Origin: Candidatus Limnocylindrales bacterium
Lineage (GTDB): Bacteria; Chloroflexota; Limnocylindria; Limnocylindrales; CSP1-4
DNA length: 64,000 nt
Direction of reading: 5' to 3'
Assembly: GCA_036570185.1 (NCBI GenBank)
Contig: DATCPH010000015.1
Location: 178-64,177 of the forward strand
A program made the translations under genes and the position numbers. Below, piece after piece: positions 9,731 through 19,451 of this stretch; the first letter of the stretch is position 1, and every line of letters starts with the position of its first letter. The notes under the pieces were generated by a model that was given only the letters and a program-made list of their open reading frames with translations, ran no database searches and was not told the origin of the DNA.

Positions 9731-12553
9731 ATGGGGACCCCCGCCTCGAATCCCGATCCCCGGATAGCGGCGCTGCCCGGGGCCGAGATCCGCCGGAGGT
9801 TCGTCGAATTCTTCGCGCAGCGCGGCCACACCGTCGTGCCAAGCGCCAGCCTCGTGCCGGCCGGCGACGAAACGCTCCTCTTCACCAATTCCGGGATGGT
9901 GCAATTCAAGGACGTCCTGACCGGTGTCGAGACCCGGAGCTATAACCGCGCCGTCGACTACCAGCGCTGCCTGCGCGTGGCCGGCAAGCACAACGACTTC
10001 GAAGAGGTCGGACGCACGCCCCGCCACCACACGCTGTTCGAGATGCTCGGCAACTGGAGCTTCGGGGATTACTTCAAGCGGGAGGCGATCCACTGGGCCT
10101 GGGAGTTCCTGACCGTCGATCTCGGCATCCCCGGTGAGCGCCTGGCTGCGACCACCTATACCGATGACGAGTTCGCCTGGAATGTCTGGCACGACGAGAT
10201 CGGACTGCCGCCGGAGCGGATGGCGAAATGGGGCAACGTCGACGCTGGTGACGACCACAACTTCTGGCGGATGGCGGAGACCGGGCCGTGCGGGCCATGC
10301 AGCGAGATCCATTTCGATCGCGGGGCCCATCTCTCCGAGGGGCCCGAATGCATCCCGGACCACTCCGAGCACTGTCCCCGCTGGCTCGAGATCTGGAACC
10401 TCGTGTTCATGGAGTTCGACCAGCGCGCTGAGGGCCGGGCGCCCTTGCCCTTCACCAGCGTGGACACGGGGATGGGGCTGGAGCGCCTCGCCAGCGTCCT
10501 GCAGCAGGTGCCGACGAACTACGACACGGACCTCTTCGCGCCGGTCCACGCTCGCATGCGGGAGTTGCTGGGCCACGACCCGGGGGCGTTCGAGCAGGAG
10601 CGGTTCAGCTACCAGGTGATCGCCGACCACTCTCGGGCGATCGCGTTCCTGATCGGGGATGGGGTTCTGCCGTCCAAGGAGGGCCGGGGGTATGTGCTGC
10701 GTCGCATCCTGAGGCGGGCGGTGCGCCACGGACGCCTGCTCGGCCGGCGCGAGCCGTTCCTCGCCCAGACCGCATCGGTCGTCATCGACATCATGCGCGA
10801 CGCCTACCCGTTCCTCGAGAAACGGCGCGAGGCGATCCTCGCGACGATCATTCGCGAGGAGGCCCAGTTCACCCGGACCCTCGAGGCCGGCACGCAGCTC
10901 CTCGAGGAGGCTTTGACCCCGCTGACCTCAGCCGAGCGGGTCGTCGGGCGGCGACCCGAGGATCTGCCGCCCGATGCGCCCGTGCTCCCCGGTGCCGTTG
11001 CCTTCCGGCTGCATGACACGTACGGCTTTCCGATCGACCTGACCGTCGAGCTTGCGGCGGAATATGGCGTTGCCGTCGATCGGGCTGGGTTCGAGGAAGC
11101 GCTGGAGGAGCAGCGCCGCCGCAGCCGGAGTGGCACGAAGGCGGCCCTCACCGAGCACGCAGAGATGACCGGGCTCTATCAATCGCTCCTCTCGAACCAC
11201 GGCGAAACCGAGTTCCTCGGGTACGAGACGACCAACGCCGAGGCGGCCGTCGTGGCCATCCTTCGCGACGGAACGGAGTACGAAACGCTCACCGCTATTC
11301 CCGAGATCGAGCTACGGGCAGAGGCTGCCGCAGCCTGCGAAGTGATCCTCGATCGAACGCCGTTCTACGCGGAGGGCGGCGGTCAGGTCGGTGATCGAGG
11401 GGTCTTCCGACCGGTCTCCGGCCGCGCCGAGGGCGAAGTCGTCTTCGAGGTTACCGACCCCCAGCGGCCTGTCGGCCGTCTGACGGTCCACCGGGGGATG
11501 CTCCGGGGAACGCTGTCGGTCGGCGATCGGGTCCTGGCCGAGGTGGACGCCGAGCGCCGGGTCAGCACGATGCGCAATCACACTGGCACGCACCTCCTGC
11601 ACCGCGCACTGCGCAACGTCGTCGGGGAGAATGCCCGCCAGGCCGGCTCGCTGGTTGCGCCCGAGTACCTTCGCTTCGACTTCCCCTTCGATCGCGCCGT
11701 TACCAGGGACGAGATCCGGGCAATCGAAGACGAGGTCCGCCGGATCGTTCGCGAGGATCGTCCGGTGTCGGTCGCCTACATGAGCATGGCCGAGGCGATT
11801 GACGGCGGCGCCGACGCGTTCTTCGACGAGAAGTACGGTGAGACGGTGCGCACGGTCCGGGTCCAGGACTACAGCTTCGAGCTGTGCGGCGGAACCCATT
11901 GCCGTGCCACGGGCCAGATCGGTGGCTTCGTCGTCACCGGCGAACGCAGCATCGGGTCGGGTGTCCGTCGGATCGAGGCCCTCACCGGGGCCGGCGCCGA
12001 TGCCCACCTTCGAGAGCGGTCGGACCTCATCGACGAGGCTACCGAGGTCCTGGGGGCCCAGACGCCAGCCGCCGTCCCGGATCGTGCTCGGAGTCTCCAG
12101 GAGGAGCTCAGGGAGGCACGACGCCGGCTTCGAGCCGGCGGCGGTCCGGGCGGCGTGCCCAGGCCGGGTGAGCTACGCGACCGTGTCGAGACCTTCGACG
12201 GCGTTTCCATGGTTGCGCTCGCGGCGCCGTTCGAGTCGGCCGAGAGCATGAAAGGCTTTGCCAGGGACCTCCGCTCGGCGCTCGCGCCCAACGTCGTTGC
12301 CCTGGCCCTCGATGCGGAGGCGCCCGAGGTGTTCGTGACGGCCGACGAGACGGCGGTGGCAAGGGGCCTGTCGGCCGGCGATCTCGTTCGACTCGCCGTT
12401 GTTTCGATCAACGGCAAGGGCGGAGGTCGGCCTGAGATGGCCCAAGGCCGCGGCACATCGCGTGAGGGGGTGGCTGCGGCACTCGATGCGATCCGGACCG
12501 CCGTTCGTGCGGCATCCGGCGAGGGGCCAACCTCCACCGAGAGCGAGGGCTAG
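9731..12553 (+). CDS. alaS: Alanyl-tRNA synthetase
   Basis: FFAQRGH, FTNSGMVQFK, RCLRVAGKHNDFEEVG, HHTLFEMLGNWSFGDYFK, GPCGPCSEIHFD, editing-domain HTGTHLLH and CGGTHC, C-terminal DHHA1-like region. Confidence 0.96.
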   Translation: MGTPASNPDPRIAALPGAEIRRRFVEFFAQRGHTVVPSASLVPAGDETLLFTNSGMVQFKDVLTGVETRSYNRAVDYQRCLRVAGKHNDFEEVGRTPRHHTLFEMLGNWSFGDYFKREAIHWAWEFLTVDLGIPGERLAATTYTDDEFAWNVWHDEIGLPPERMAKWGNVDAGDDHNFWRMAETGPCGPCSEIHFDRGAHLSEGPECIPDHSEHCPRWLEIWNLVFMEFDQRAEGRAPLPFTSVDTGMGLERLASVLQQVPTNYDTDLFAPVHARMRELLGHDPGAFEQERFSYQVIADHSRAIAFLIGDGVLPSKEGRGYVLRRILRRAVRHGRLLGRREPFLAQTASVVIDIMRDAYPFLEKRREAILATIIREEAQFTRTLEAGTQLLEEALTPLTSAERVVGRRPEDLPPDAPVLPGAVAFRLHDTYGFPIDLTVELAAEYGVAVDRAGFEEALEEQRRRSRSGTKAALTEHAEMTGLYQSLLSNHGETEFLGYETTNAEAAVVAILRDGTEYETLTAIPEIELRAEAAAACEVILDRTPFYAEGGGQVGDRGVFRPVSGRAEGEVVFEVTDPQRPVGRLTVHRGMLRGTLSVGDRVLAEVDAERRVSTMRNHTGTHLLHRALRNVVGENARQAGSLVAPEYLRFDFPFDRAVTRDEIRAIEDEVRRIVREDRPVSVAYMSMAEAIDGGADAFFDEKYGETVRTVRVQDYSFELCGGTHCRATGQIGGFVVTGERSIGSGVRRIEALTGAGADAHLRERSDLIDEATEVLGAQTPAAVPDRARSLQEELREARRRLRAGGGPGGVPRPGELRDRVETFDGVSMVALAAPFESAESMKGFARDLRSALAPNVVALALDAEAPEVFVTADETAVARGLSAGDLVRLAVVSINGKGGGRPEMAQGRGTSREGVAAALDAIRTAVRAASGEGPTSTESEG

Positions 12554-12559
12554 GCCCGG

Positions 12560-13822
12560 ATGGCCTTCTGGCGCCGGATCTGGCAGCGTGAGGAGCCGAG
12601 TTCGCTGGCCGCCTGCACTGCGCTCGACATCGGGACCGAGTTTGCCAAGGCGCTCGTCTTCGAGATCGACGAGGAGAGCCACGGTACCGTCCGGGGCGTC
12701 GGCCGCAAACGCCAGGGGCTGGCACACATGCAGTCGGGGACCGTGGCCGACATCGCCGCGGTCGTCGATAACTGCTCGGTGGCGCTCCAGGAGGCTGAGG
12801 AGATGGCCGGCTTCCGGCCAAGCCAGGTCGTGGTCGGCATCGCCGGTGAGCTCGTGAAGGGCTTCACTACGACCCGCAGCCAGGAACGCGCCAAACCCGA
12901 CGTACCGATCAGCGACGCCGAGCTGCAGAAGCTGATCGACGGGGTCCAGCACGAAGCGATCCGCGAAGCGGAGCGTTCGATCACCTGGGAGACCGGCCTC
13001 CCGCAGCTCGACATCCGTTTGGTGCACGCGGCCGTCACCTCGGCCTCGATCGACGGCTATACCCTGACCAACCCGATCGGCTTCCAGGGTCGACATGTCA
13101 AGATCGGCGTCTTTAACGCCTTCGCCCCGCTCGTGCATCTGGGTGCGCTCGAAAGCGTTGCGTCCCAGCTCGACCTGGAGCTGATCGAGGTCGTGGCCGA
13201 GCCGTACGCGGTCGCGCGAGCGATGGGCTCGGAGCAGGTCCGCCAGGCAGGGGCGCTCTTCGTCGACGTCGGCGGGGGCACCACCGACGTGGCCCTCGTC
13301 CGTCACGGCGGCATCGAGGGCACCCGCATGTTCGCCCTCGGCGGCCGGGCGTTCACGAAGTCGATCGCGGATCGGCTGGAGTTGCCCTTCCCCCGAGCCG
13401 AATCGCTCAAGGTCGACTACGCACGCGGGATCGCCGGCGATGATTCGACCGATGTCGCTCGGATCGTCGCAGCCGACATCGAGGTCTGGGCCGCCGGGGT
13501 GGAGCTGATCCTCGAGGAGATGGCCGGTGGCGACCTGTTGCCGGGACGGATCTACGTCTGTGGCGGGGGCTCGCGCCTACCGGAAATCCCAGCCGCGCTC
13601 GCCTCGGAGCGGTTCTGGAAGCGCCTCCCTTTTTCGCGACCGCCCCAAGTCGCCCTGATGTCGCCCGGTCAGGTGGCCGGCATCGACGACGCGACCCACC
13701 TTCTCGTCGATCAGCAGGACGTCACGCCGCTCGGCCTAGCCTATCAGGCGATCGAGCTCCAGGCGGACCACGATCCGCTCGACGCGGCACTCCGGCGGGT
13801 CCTCCGTGCGATGAAGGTTTAG
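12560..13822 (+). CDS. Actin/Hsp70-fold ATPase, FtsA/PilM-like
   Basis: Phosphate-1 DIGTEFAKALVF, phosphate-2 FVDVGGGTTDVALV and adenosine motif YVCGGGSRLPEI, all in FtsA-like order. The C-terminal 11 aa (ALRRVLRAMKV) form a basic amphipathic helix pattern. Starts 6 nt after the alaS stop. Confidence 0.8.
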   Translation: MAFWRRIWQREEPSSLAACTALDIGTEFAKALVFEIDEESHGTVRGVGRKRQGLAHMQSGTVADIAAVVDNCSVALQEAEEMAGFRPSQVVVGIAGELVKGFTTTRSQERAKPDVPISDAELQKLIDGVQHEAIREAERSITWETGLPQLDIRLVHAAVTSASIDGYTLTNPIGFQGRHVKIGVFNAFAPLVHLGALESVASQLDLELIEVVAEPYAVARAMGSEQVRQAGALFVDVGGGTTDVALVRHGGIEGTRMFALGGRAFTKSIADRLELPFPRAESLKVDYARGIAGDDSTDVARIVAADIEVWAAGVELILEEMAGGDLLPGRIYVCGGGSRLPEIPAALASERFWKRLPFSRPPQVALMSPGQVAGIDDATHLLVDQQDVTPLGLAYQAIELQADHDPLDAALRRVLRAMKV

Positions 13823-13835
13823 GGCGGCCCCAACG

Positions 13836-15629
13836 ATGTCGACCACGATCTACCTCGACGTCGACGACGAGATCACGTCGGCGGCGATGCGGATCCGTGA
13901 TGCCGCGGCCGGTCCGGTCGCGCTGGTTCTGCCGCTTGGCTCGCGAATTGCCACGTCGCGGATCAATTTCCGGCTGCTCGCGCGCGAGGCCGAGGCCGCG
14001 GGCCACCGCCTGGCGATCGTGGCCGGCGATGCCGCGACGCGGGGGCTCGCGACCTCGGCCGGCCTCGCGACGTTGGCCTCGGTTGGGGAGTTCGAAGCCT
14101 CCGTCGATTCGGGTGACGCGGCACCGGGAAGCGATCGACCAGTTGACCGCATCCGACCAGGGCCGGATCACGCCCCGACGATGGTCGTTCCAACCGAGGG
14201 GCTGGCCGCCGGAGGGCTGGCCGCAGGCGACCTTGGCGGAGGCGAGCTCGCTGCAGAGTCGCCCGCCTCCGACGTCCCCAGCCGGTGGATGGCTCGGCCG
14301 ATCGGGACGGACGTCGATCGCCCATTTACCCGGCCAGCTGTCGTCGACGCCTCGAGAGACCGCATCCCGGTCGTCGGCTCACGGCGGTCCCTCTTCGACC
14401 GCACTGGACTCATCATCTTCGCAGCCGTACTCGCCGTGCTGCTCGTTGGCGGGATCGTGGCTGGGTTCTTCCTGCTGCCGTCAGCCGTCATCACCCTTAC
14501 GCCGCGCACGGAGGTGGTCGGGCCGCTGGCCCTCGAGGTGGTCGCCGACCCGTCGGCGACCACGACCAACGCGACGACCCTCGTCGTCCCCGCGCGGACG
14601 CTCACATTTCCCCTCGAGGCGACCGACACCTTTTCGGCGACGGGCAAGCGCATCGTTGAAGCCAAGGCCAAGGGCGCCATCACGTTCCAGAACTGCGACA
14701 CGGGACGGTCGATCGCAATTCCCAAGGGCTCGATCGTGTCGACGGACAGCGGGATTACCTTCTCGACGTCATCCGCGGTCACGGTTCCGCGGGCGTCCGT
14801 GCTTCCGGCCTTCGCCTGCAAGGCCGCGAGCGTGAGCGTGGTCGCGGCCAAGGCCGGCCCGAGCGGGAACGTCATCGCCGGTTCGATCACGCACATCCCC
14901 GCGGGGTACGATCCCGTCGTCCTGAGCGTGACAAATCCCCAGCCCACGACCGGCGGCACCCACCAGGAGTTTCCGAAAATCCTTCAATCCGACGTCGACG
15001 CCGCCCTGAAGTCACTGCGAAAGAAGATCTCGGACGCACTGGCGGCCGACGTGAAGGCGGCGCCCGCGGCCAACCCCGGCCTGACGGTCTTTGCAGAGAC
15101 CGTGACGATGACCGACCCGGCGCCCACCATCGACCCGGCGACCCTGGTCGGCAAGGAGGTCGCAAAGTTCGAGCTTGGCCTGACGGCGATCGGCGGTGTC
15201 GTGGCGGTCGACCCGGGCCCCGTCAAGGACGTCGCGACCGCGGCGACGCGCAGCCACGTCACCGCGGGGTACGTGCTGATCGACGGCTCCATGAAGATCG
15301 ACGTTGGGCAGCCGACGACGCAAGGCCAGATCGTGACATTCCCCGTCAGCGCCCACGCAATGCAGGTGCGCACGGTGGACCAGAACGCACTGCTCTCGAA
15401 GATCAAGGGCAAGACCCTGCCGGCCGCCCGCCTGCTGCTATCGCCGTACGGCAACGTGCGCCTGGACGTCTGGCCCGACTGGGTGACGACGGTCCCGACC
15501 ATGGACTCCCGCCTCACGTTCCGGATCGCCGCGGTCCCGGCGTCGGCGGCGCCGGGTGCTTCCGGTTCCTCCGCGCCGTTGCCCGCGGTATCGCCAGCAG
15601 CCTCGCCAGCGGCATCGACCGCCCCGTGA
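13836..15629 (+). CDS. Bitopic membrane protein of unknown function (597 aa)
   Basis: N-terminal soluble module of about 90 aa (IYLDVDDEITSAAMRIRD...PVALVLPLGSRIATSRINFRLLAREAEAAGHRLAIVAGD). Then a Gly/Ala/Pro-rich linker, a single TM (LIIFAAVLAVLLVGGIVAGFFLL, aa ~191-214), a beta-rich ectodomain of about 350 aa, and an Ala/Pro/Ser tail. There is a 13-nt gap after the actin-like gene, and the stop overlaps the ruvX start. Confidence 0.75.
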   Translation: MSTTIYLDVDDEITSAAMRIRDAAAGPVALVLPLGSRIATSRINFRLLAREAEAAGHRLAIVAGDAATRGLATSAGLATLASVGEFEASVDSGDAAPGSDRPVDRIRPGPDHAPTMVVPTEGLAAGGLAAGDLGGGELAAESPASDVPSRWMARPIGTDVDRPFTRPAVVDASRDRIPVVGSRRSLFDRTGLIIFAAVLAVLLVGGIVAGFFLLPSAVITLTPRTEVVGPLALEVVADPSATTTNATTLVVPARTLTFPLEATDTFSATGKRIVEAKAKGAITFQNCDTGRSIAIPKGSIVSTDSGITFSTSSAVTVPRASVLPAFACKAASVSVVAAKAGPSGNVIAGSITHIPAGYDPVVLSVTNPQPTTGGTHQEFPKILQSDVDAALKSLRKKISDALAADVKAAPAANPGLTVFAETVTMTDPAPTIDPATLVGKEVAKFELGLTAIGGVVAVDPGPVKDVATAATRSHVTAGYVLIDGSMKIDVGQPTTQGQIVTFPVSAHAMQVRTVDQNALLSKIKGKTLPAARLLLSPYGNVRLDVWPDWVTTVPTMDSRLTFRIAAVPASAAPGASGSSAPLPAVSPAASPAASTAP

Positions 15630-16150
15630 GGCGGCTCCTCGGGGTCGACCTCGGAGAACGGAGGATCGGTCTGGCGGTTGCCGATGATGACGGTGGCCGG
15701 GCCTGGCCCCTATCGACGATCCGGCGCGCCCCGGATCCGGCGACCGACGCGGCGGCATTGGCGCCCATCGTGGCGGCCAACGGGGTTGCCGAGCTGGTCG
15801 TCGGTCTTCCGCTCGACATCTCCGGCGATGAAGGGCCCCAGGCGTCGTCGACGCGCGCCTGGGCGTTGGACGTCGCCCAACGCCTCGCCTTGCCGCTCCG
15901 GCTGCGTGACGAACGATTGACCAGCCATCTTGCGGAAGATCGGCTTGGCCCGATGAAGCGGGGTCGCGCTGGAGGCCCGCCGACCCGGACGCAGCGGAAC
16001 GCCTACCGGGCCCGCGTCGATCGCGAAGCGGCGGCGATCATCCTGCAGGACGAGCTTGACGCTCGCGACCGTGGTCGCGCCGACGCCGAGACCGCTACCG
16101 GCACCCGCGCCCGGGCACGACAGTCCGCCGGCGGAGAACCGACCCCGTGA
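15626..16150 (+). CDS. ruvX: Putative pre-16S rRNA nuclease / Holliday junction resolvase-like RuvX (YqgF)
   Basis: LLGVDLGERRIGLAVAD, ELVVGLPLDISGDEG, DERLTS and AAAIILQDELD are YqgF family signatures. There is a 4-nt overlap on both sides. Confidence 0.9.
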   Translation: MRRLLGVDLGERRIGLAVADDDGGRAWPLSTIRRAPDPATDAAALAPIVAANGVAELVVGLPLDISGDEGPQASSTRAWALDVAQRLALPLRLRDERLTSHLAEDRLGPMKRGRAGGPPTRTQRNAYRARVDREAAAIILQDELDARDRGRADAETATGTRARARQSAGGEPTP

Positions 16151-17571
16151 CGCTCCGTGGCGGCGGCTCACCGCGCGACCCGCGCTTCCAGGCGCGCCGC
16201 GTGTCGGAGGACGGGCAGTCCGACCAGCACGTGAGTGGTCCGCCGGGCGGTGGCCGGAGCGGAGTATCGGACCTGGGCCGGGTTGAGCGGGGCCCGGCCG
16301 CGAATCGCGCTCGTACCAGGTACGGATATTCCGGGCAGCAGGGGATCGGGGTCGGGGGCGCGGTCCGCTTCCTGGCCTTCGCGGTGATCCTGGCGGTCCT
16401 GGTGCTGGGCGCCCTGTTGACTGTCCTGAGACCGCTTGCCAGAGCGGCCGTCATCGGCTGGGCCTACGACAATCCCACTGCCCTGCGGGTGCCGTTCGTC
16501 GCCGATCTCGTCCGCGAGGATCTGGGGACGCTCCTCACCCAGCCGGCCGGCACGGACGCGTCGGCGGTCGAGTTCGACGTCAATTCGGGCGATACCGTGC
16601 AGACGCTCGCGCCGCGCCTTGGGGCCGCCCACCTGATCCGTGACCAGCGCGCCTTCGTCTTCGAGGCGATCGAGCAGGGCCTGCCGTCGAAGCTGCTCGC
16701 CGGGGCGTATCTGCTGCAGCGGACGATGACGCCCAGCCAGGTCGTGAGTGGACTCGTCGAGGGCCGGATGATCGTGCGGACGACGACGGTGACGTTCCGC
16801 GAGGGTCTGCGCCTGGAGCAGATGACGGCCAAGCTCCAGACAATTAAAACGGCGGTCGATCCGAGGGCGTTCTACGACCTCGTCGAGCATCCCCCGGCGT
16901 CCTTCCTGGCCGACTTCGCCTGGCTCGACCTCCCCGAAGGTCGATCACTCGAGGGCTACCTTTATCCGGCGACCTACACCCTCGTCGTCCAGGCGCCGTC
17001 GAGCCTGGAGAAGCCGACCTCGGCCGAAGATCTCGTCCGCCAGATGCTGAAGAAGTTCCACGACGTGGCGGGCGACCTCATGACGGTTCCAAAGGCGCGC
17101 GGCATGACCTTCTACCAGGTCCTGACGCTGGCCTCGCTGGTCGAGCGCGAGGTGCAGGTGGACTCCGAGCGGCCCTTGATCGCGGGCGTCTACCAGAACC
17201 GGCTCAACGGCTTCCATGGCGTGCCCAGGCTGCTTGAGGCCGACCCGACGATCTTCTACGTGAACGACACGCTTCAGCTGGAGTCGATGCCGTTCGACCA
17301 GTGGCAGACGTACGTGTTCTGGGCGAAGCTCAAGGACCAACTCCCGGCGACACTGCCGCCGGCTCTTGCCGGATACAACACCTACACGCACAGCGGCCTG
17401 ATGCCCGGGCCGATCTGCTCGCCGACGGTCGCCTCGATCATGGCAGCCCTCACCCCGGACACCGCGACCGGCTACCTGTGGTTCATCGCCAAGGGTGATG
17501 GGAGCGGCACGTCCGCCTTCGCCAAGACCATCGCGGAGTACCAGGCCAACCTCAAGAAATACGCCAAGTGA
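16147..17571 (+). CDS. mltG: Endolytic murein transglycosylase MltG (YceG-like) with long N-terminal extension
   Basis: A TM anchor (FLAFAVILAVLVLGALLTVL) followed by the YceG domain: TFREGLRLEQM, LEGYLYPATY, LASLVEREVQ, IAGVYQNRL, LEADPT, YNTYTHSGLMPGPICSP. Confidence 0.9.
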   Translation: MTLRGGGSPRDPRFQARRVSEDGQSDQHVSGPPGGGRSGVSDLGRVERGPAANRARTRYGYSGQQGIGVGGAVRFLAFAVILAVLVLGALLTVLRPLARAAVIGWAYDNPTALRVPFVADLVREDLGTLLTQPAGTDASAVEFDVNSGDTVQTLAPRLGAAHLIRDQRAFVFEAIEQGLPSKLLAGAYLLQRTMTPSQVVSGLVEGRMIVRTTTVTFREGLRLEQMTAKLQTIKTAVDPRAFYDLVEHPPASFLADFAWLDLPEGRSLEGYLYPATYTLVVQAPSSLEKPTSAEDLVRQMLKKFHDVAGDLMTVPKARGMTFYQVLTLASLVEREVQVDSERPLIAGVYQNRLNGFHGVPRLLEADPTIFYVNDTLQLESMPFDQWQTYVFWAKLKDQLPATLPPALAGYNTYTHSGLMPGPICSPTVASIMAALTPDTATGYLWFIAKGDGSGTSAFAKTIAEYQANLKKYAK

Positions 17572-18809
17572 CGGCGTCGGGCGCCGCATTCCCGGTTCCG
17601 GCGGATTTCCCGCCGCCTCCAGCGGAGGCCGATCGAGTTCGCTGGGACGAAGTCGATCGAGCCGCGCGGCCCGACCGTCTCGCGCGCCTGCGGGCGCGCT
17701 TCGAAGGCGCCGACGTCGATGCTTATCTGGGCGTCCGCGCCGCACACGTCCGATACCTCACCGGCTTCGAGCTGGGTGACGGGGAGGAGGCGGTGGCAGG
17801 CGACTCCGGCCGGTTCCTCGTCGGACGCGACGAGATCCTCCTCATGACGGATTCCCGCTACGCGATCGAGGCCCGCCGGGAGGCACCCGAGGCGCAAGTC
17901 GTGGAGGTGTATGGCGACCTCCCGGTGCGCTGGCCGGAGCTCGCAGCGCGCGTGGGTGCCCGCCGCATCGCGGTGGAGGCCGGGTACGTCGGCCATGCTC
18001 TGTGGGACGACCTCGCGGCCGCGGCGCCGGACGTCGAGCTCGTCCCGGCCGGCGGATGGCTCGAAGCCGATCGGGCGATCAAGGAAGCCACCGAGATCGA
18101 GCGGATCGAAGCCGCCTGCGCCGTCGCGGATCGGGCCCTTGCCGGACTCCTCGCCTCCATCCGGCCGGGCGTCACGGAGCTCGAGCTCGCCCTCGACCTT
18201 GAATGGCGGATGCGGACCGGCGGTTCGGACGGCCTGGCCTTCGACGTCGCCTGTCTCGCCGGCCCCGAAGCTGCGCTGCCGCACGGGTCGCCCGGCCACC
18301 GCCCGGTGCGCGACGGAGCGGTGCTGCTGTTCGACTTTGGGGCCAAGGTTGCCGGTTACCGAAGCGACATGACGCGGACCCTGTTCGTCGGCGACCCGGC
18401 CGCCCGCGAGCTCGCGATCTACGGGGTCGTGGCGGCGGCGCAGCAGGCTGCGATCGCTGCGTTGGAGACGGCCGCCAGGAAGTCGGCGGCGACGGGCGCC
18501 CCGATGCCTTCAGGAAAAGAGATCGACACAATCGCCCGCCACGTGATCGACGCCGATGGCCGCTGGCCCGCCTACCTCCATGGCCTGGGTCACGGGATCG
18601 GGCTTGCGACCCATGAGTTGCCAACGCTCGGGCGTCGTGCCACCGACGCAGCCATTCCGACCCCGACGGTCTTCTCGATCGAACCGGGCATCTACCTCGA
18701 AGGCGAAACCGGGGTCCGTATCGAAGACCTCTTGGTCCTGGACGCGGATGCGGGCACAGTGCGGAGCGTGACGCAGTTCCCAAGCGAGGTGCTCGTCGTC
18801 GCGAGGTAG
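17568..18809 (+). CDS. M24-family Xaa-Pro aminopeptidase (PepP/PepQ-like)
   Basis: Creatinase-like N-domain plus M24 core: LLFDFGAKVAGYRSDMTRT, HGLGHGIGLATHE, FSIEPGIY, VRIEDL (metal ligands). Conserved position upstream of efp. Confidence 0.88.
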   Translation: MTASGAAFPVPADFPPPPAEADRVRWDEVDRAARPDRLARLRARFEGADVDAYLGVRAAHVRYLTGFELGDGEEAVAGDSGRFLVGRDEILLMTDSRYAIEARREAPEAQVVEVYGDLPVRWPELAARVGARRIAVEAGYVGHALWDDLAAAAPDVELVPAGGWLEADRAIKEATEIERIEAACAVADRALAGLLASIRPGVTELELALDLEWRMRTGGSDGLAFDVACLAGPEAALPHGSPGHRPVRDGAVLLFDFGAKVAGYRSDMTRTLFVGDPAARELAIYGVVAAAQQAAIAALETAARKSAATGAPMPSGKEIDTIARHVIDADGRWPAYLHGLGHGIGLATHELPTLGRRATDAAIPTPTVFSIEPGIYLEGETGVRIEDLLVLDADAGTVRSVTQFPSEVLVVAR

Positions 18810-18885
18810 GCCCGCCGGCTCGCCGGCCAGACCGATCGCCGCTCAGCGGGTCGCGAGGATGGTCTCGGCTACAATCGGCCGACCC

Positions 18886-19443
18886 ATGATCAGCACCGGT
18901 GAACTCCGCAAGGGCGTTGCCATCGAGCTTGACGGCGAGCTCTGGCAGATCCTCGATTACCACCACATCAAGATGGGCCGCGGCTCGGCCCAGGTTCGCA
19001 TCACCCTCCGCAACATCAAGCGCGGCCAGACCATCGAGCGCTCGTTCCAGGCCGGGACGAAGTGGCCCAGGGCGCAGATGGACCGCCGCCCGATCCAATT
19101 CATGTACCGCGACGGCGATTCATTCCATTTCATGGATACCGACACCTACGACCAGTTCGAGCTTTCGGCTGACCAACTCGGCGAGTCCGCCCAGTACCTC
19201 AAGGACGGCATGACCCTGGACCGGACCAGCTACCAGGGCGAGACGATCGGGGTCGAGCTTCCGGTGACCGTCGACCTCGAGGTCACCGCCACCGAGCCCG
19301 GCTTCGCCGGCGACACGGCCCAGGGCGCGCGAAAGCAGGCCACGCTCGAAACTGGGCTCGTTGTGCAGGTGCCGCTCTTCGTCGCGGAAGGCGACACGGT
19401 CCGCGTGGACACGCGGACAGGGGACTATCAGACGCGAGTCTGA
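18886..19443 (+). CDS. efp: Elongation factor P
   Basis: The ATG at 18886 gives MISTGELRKGVAIELDGELWQILDYHHIKMGRGSAQVRITLRN, which aligns from residue 1 with B. subtilis EF-P. The listed start at 18859 would add 9 atypical residues. Tip residue 32 is Arg. Confidence 0.93.
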   Translation: MISTGELRKGVAIELDGELWQILDYHHIKMGRGSAQVRITLRNIKRGQTIERSFQAGTKWPRAQMDRRPIQFMYRDGDSFHFMDTDTYDQFELSADQLGESAQYLKDGMTLDRTSYQGETIGVELPVTVDLEVTATEPGFAGDTAQGARKQATLETGLVVQVPLFVAEGDTVRVDTRTGDYQTRV

Positions 19444-19451
19444 GCGGGACC

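Noticed and set aside
18859-18885. Upstream ATG (18859) as the efp start
   Set aside because: It would add 9 residues with no counterpart in EF-P. The ATG at 18886 aligns at residue 1 with known EF-Ps.
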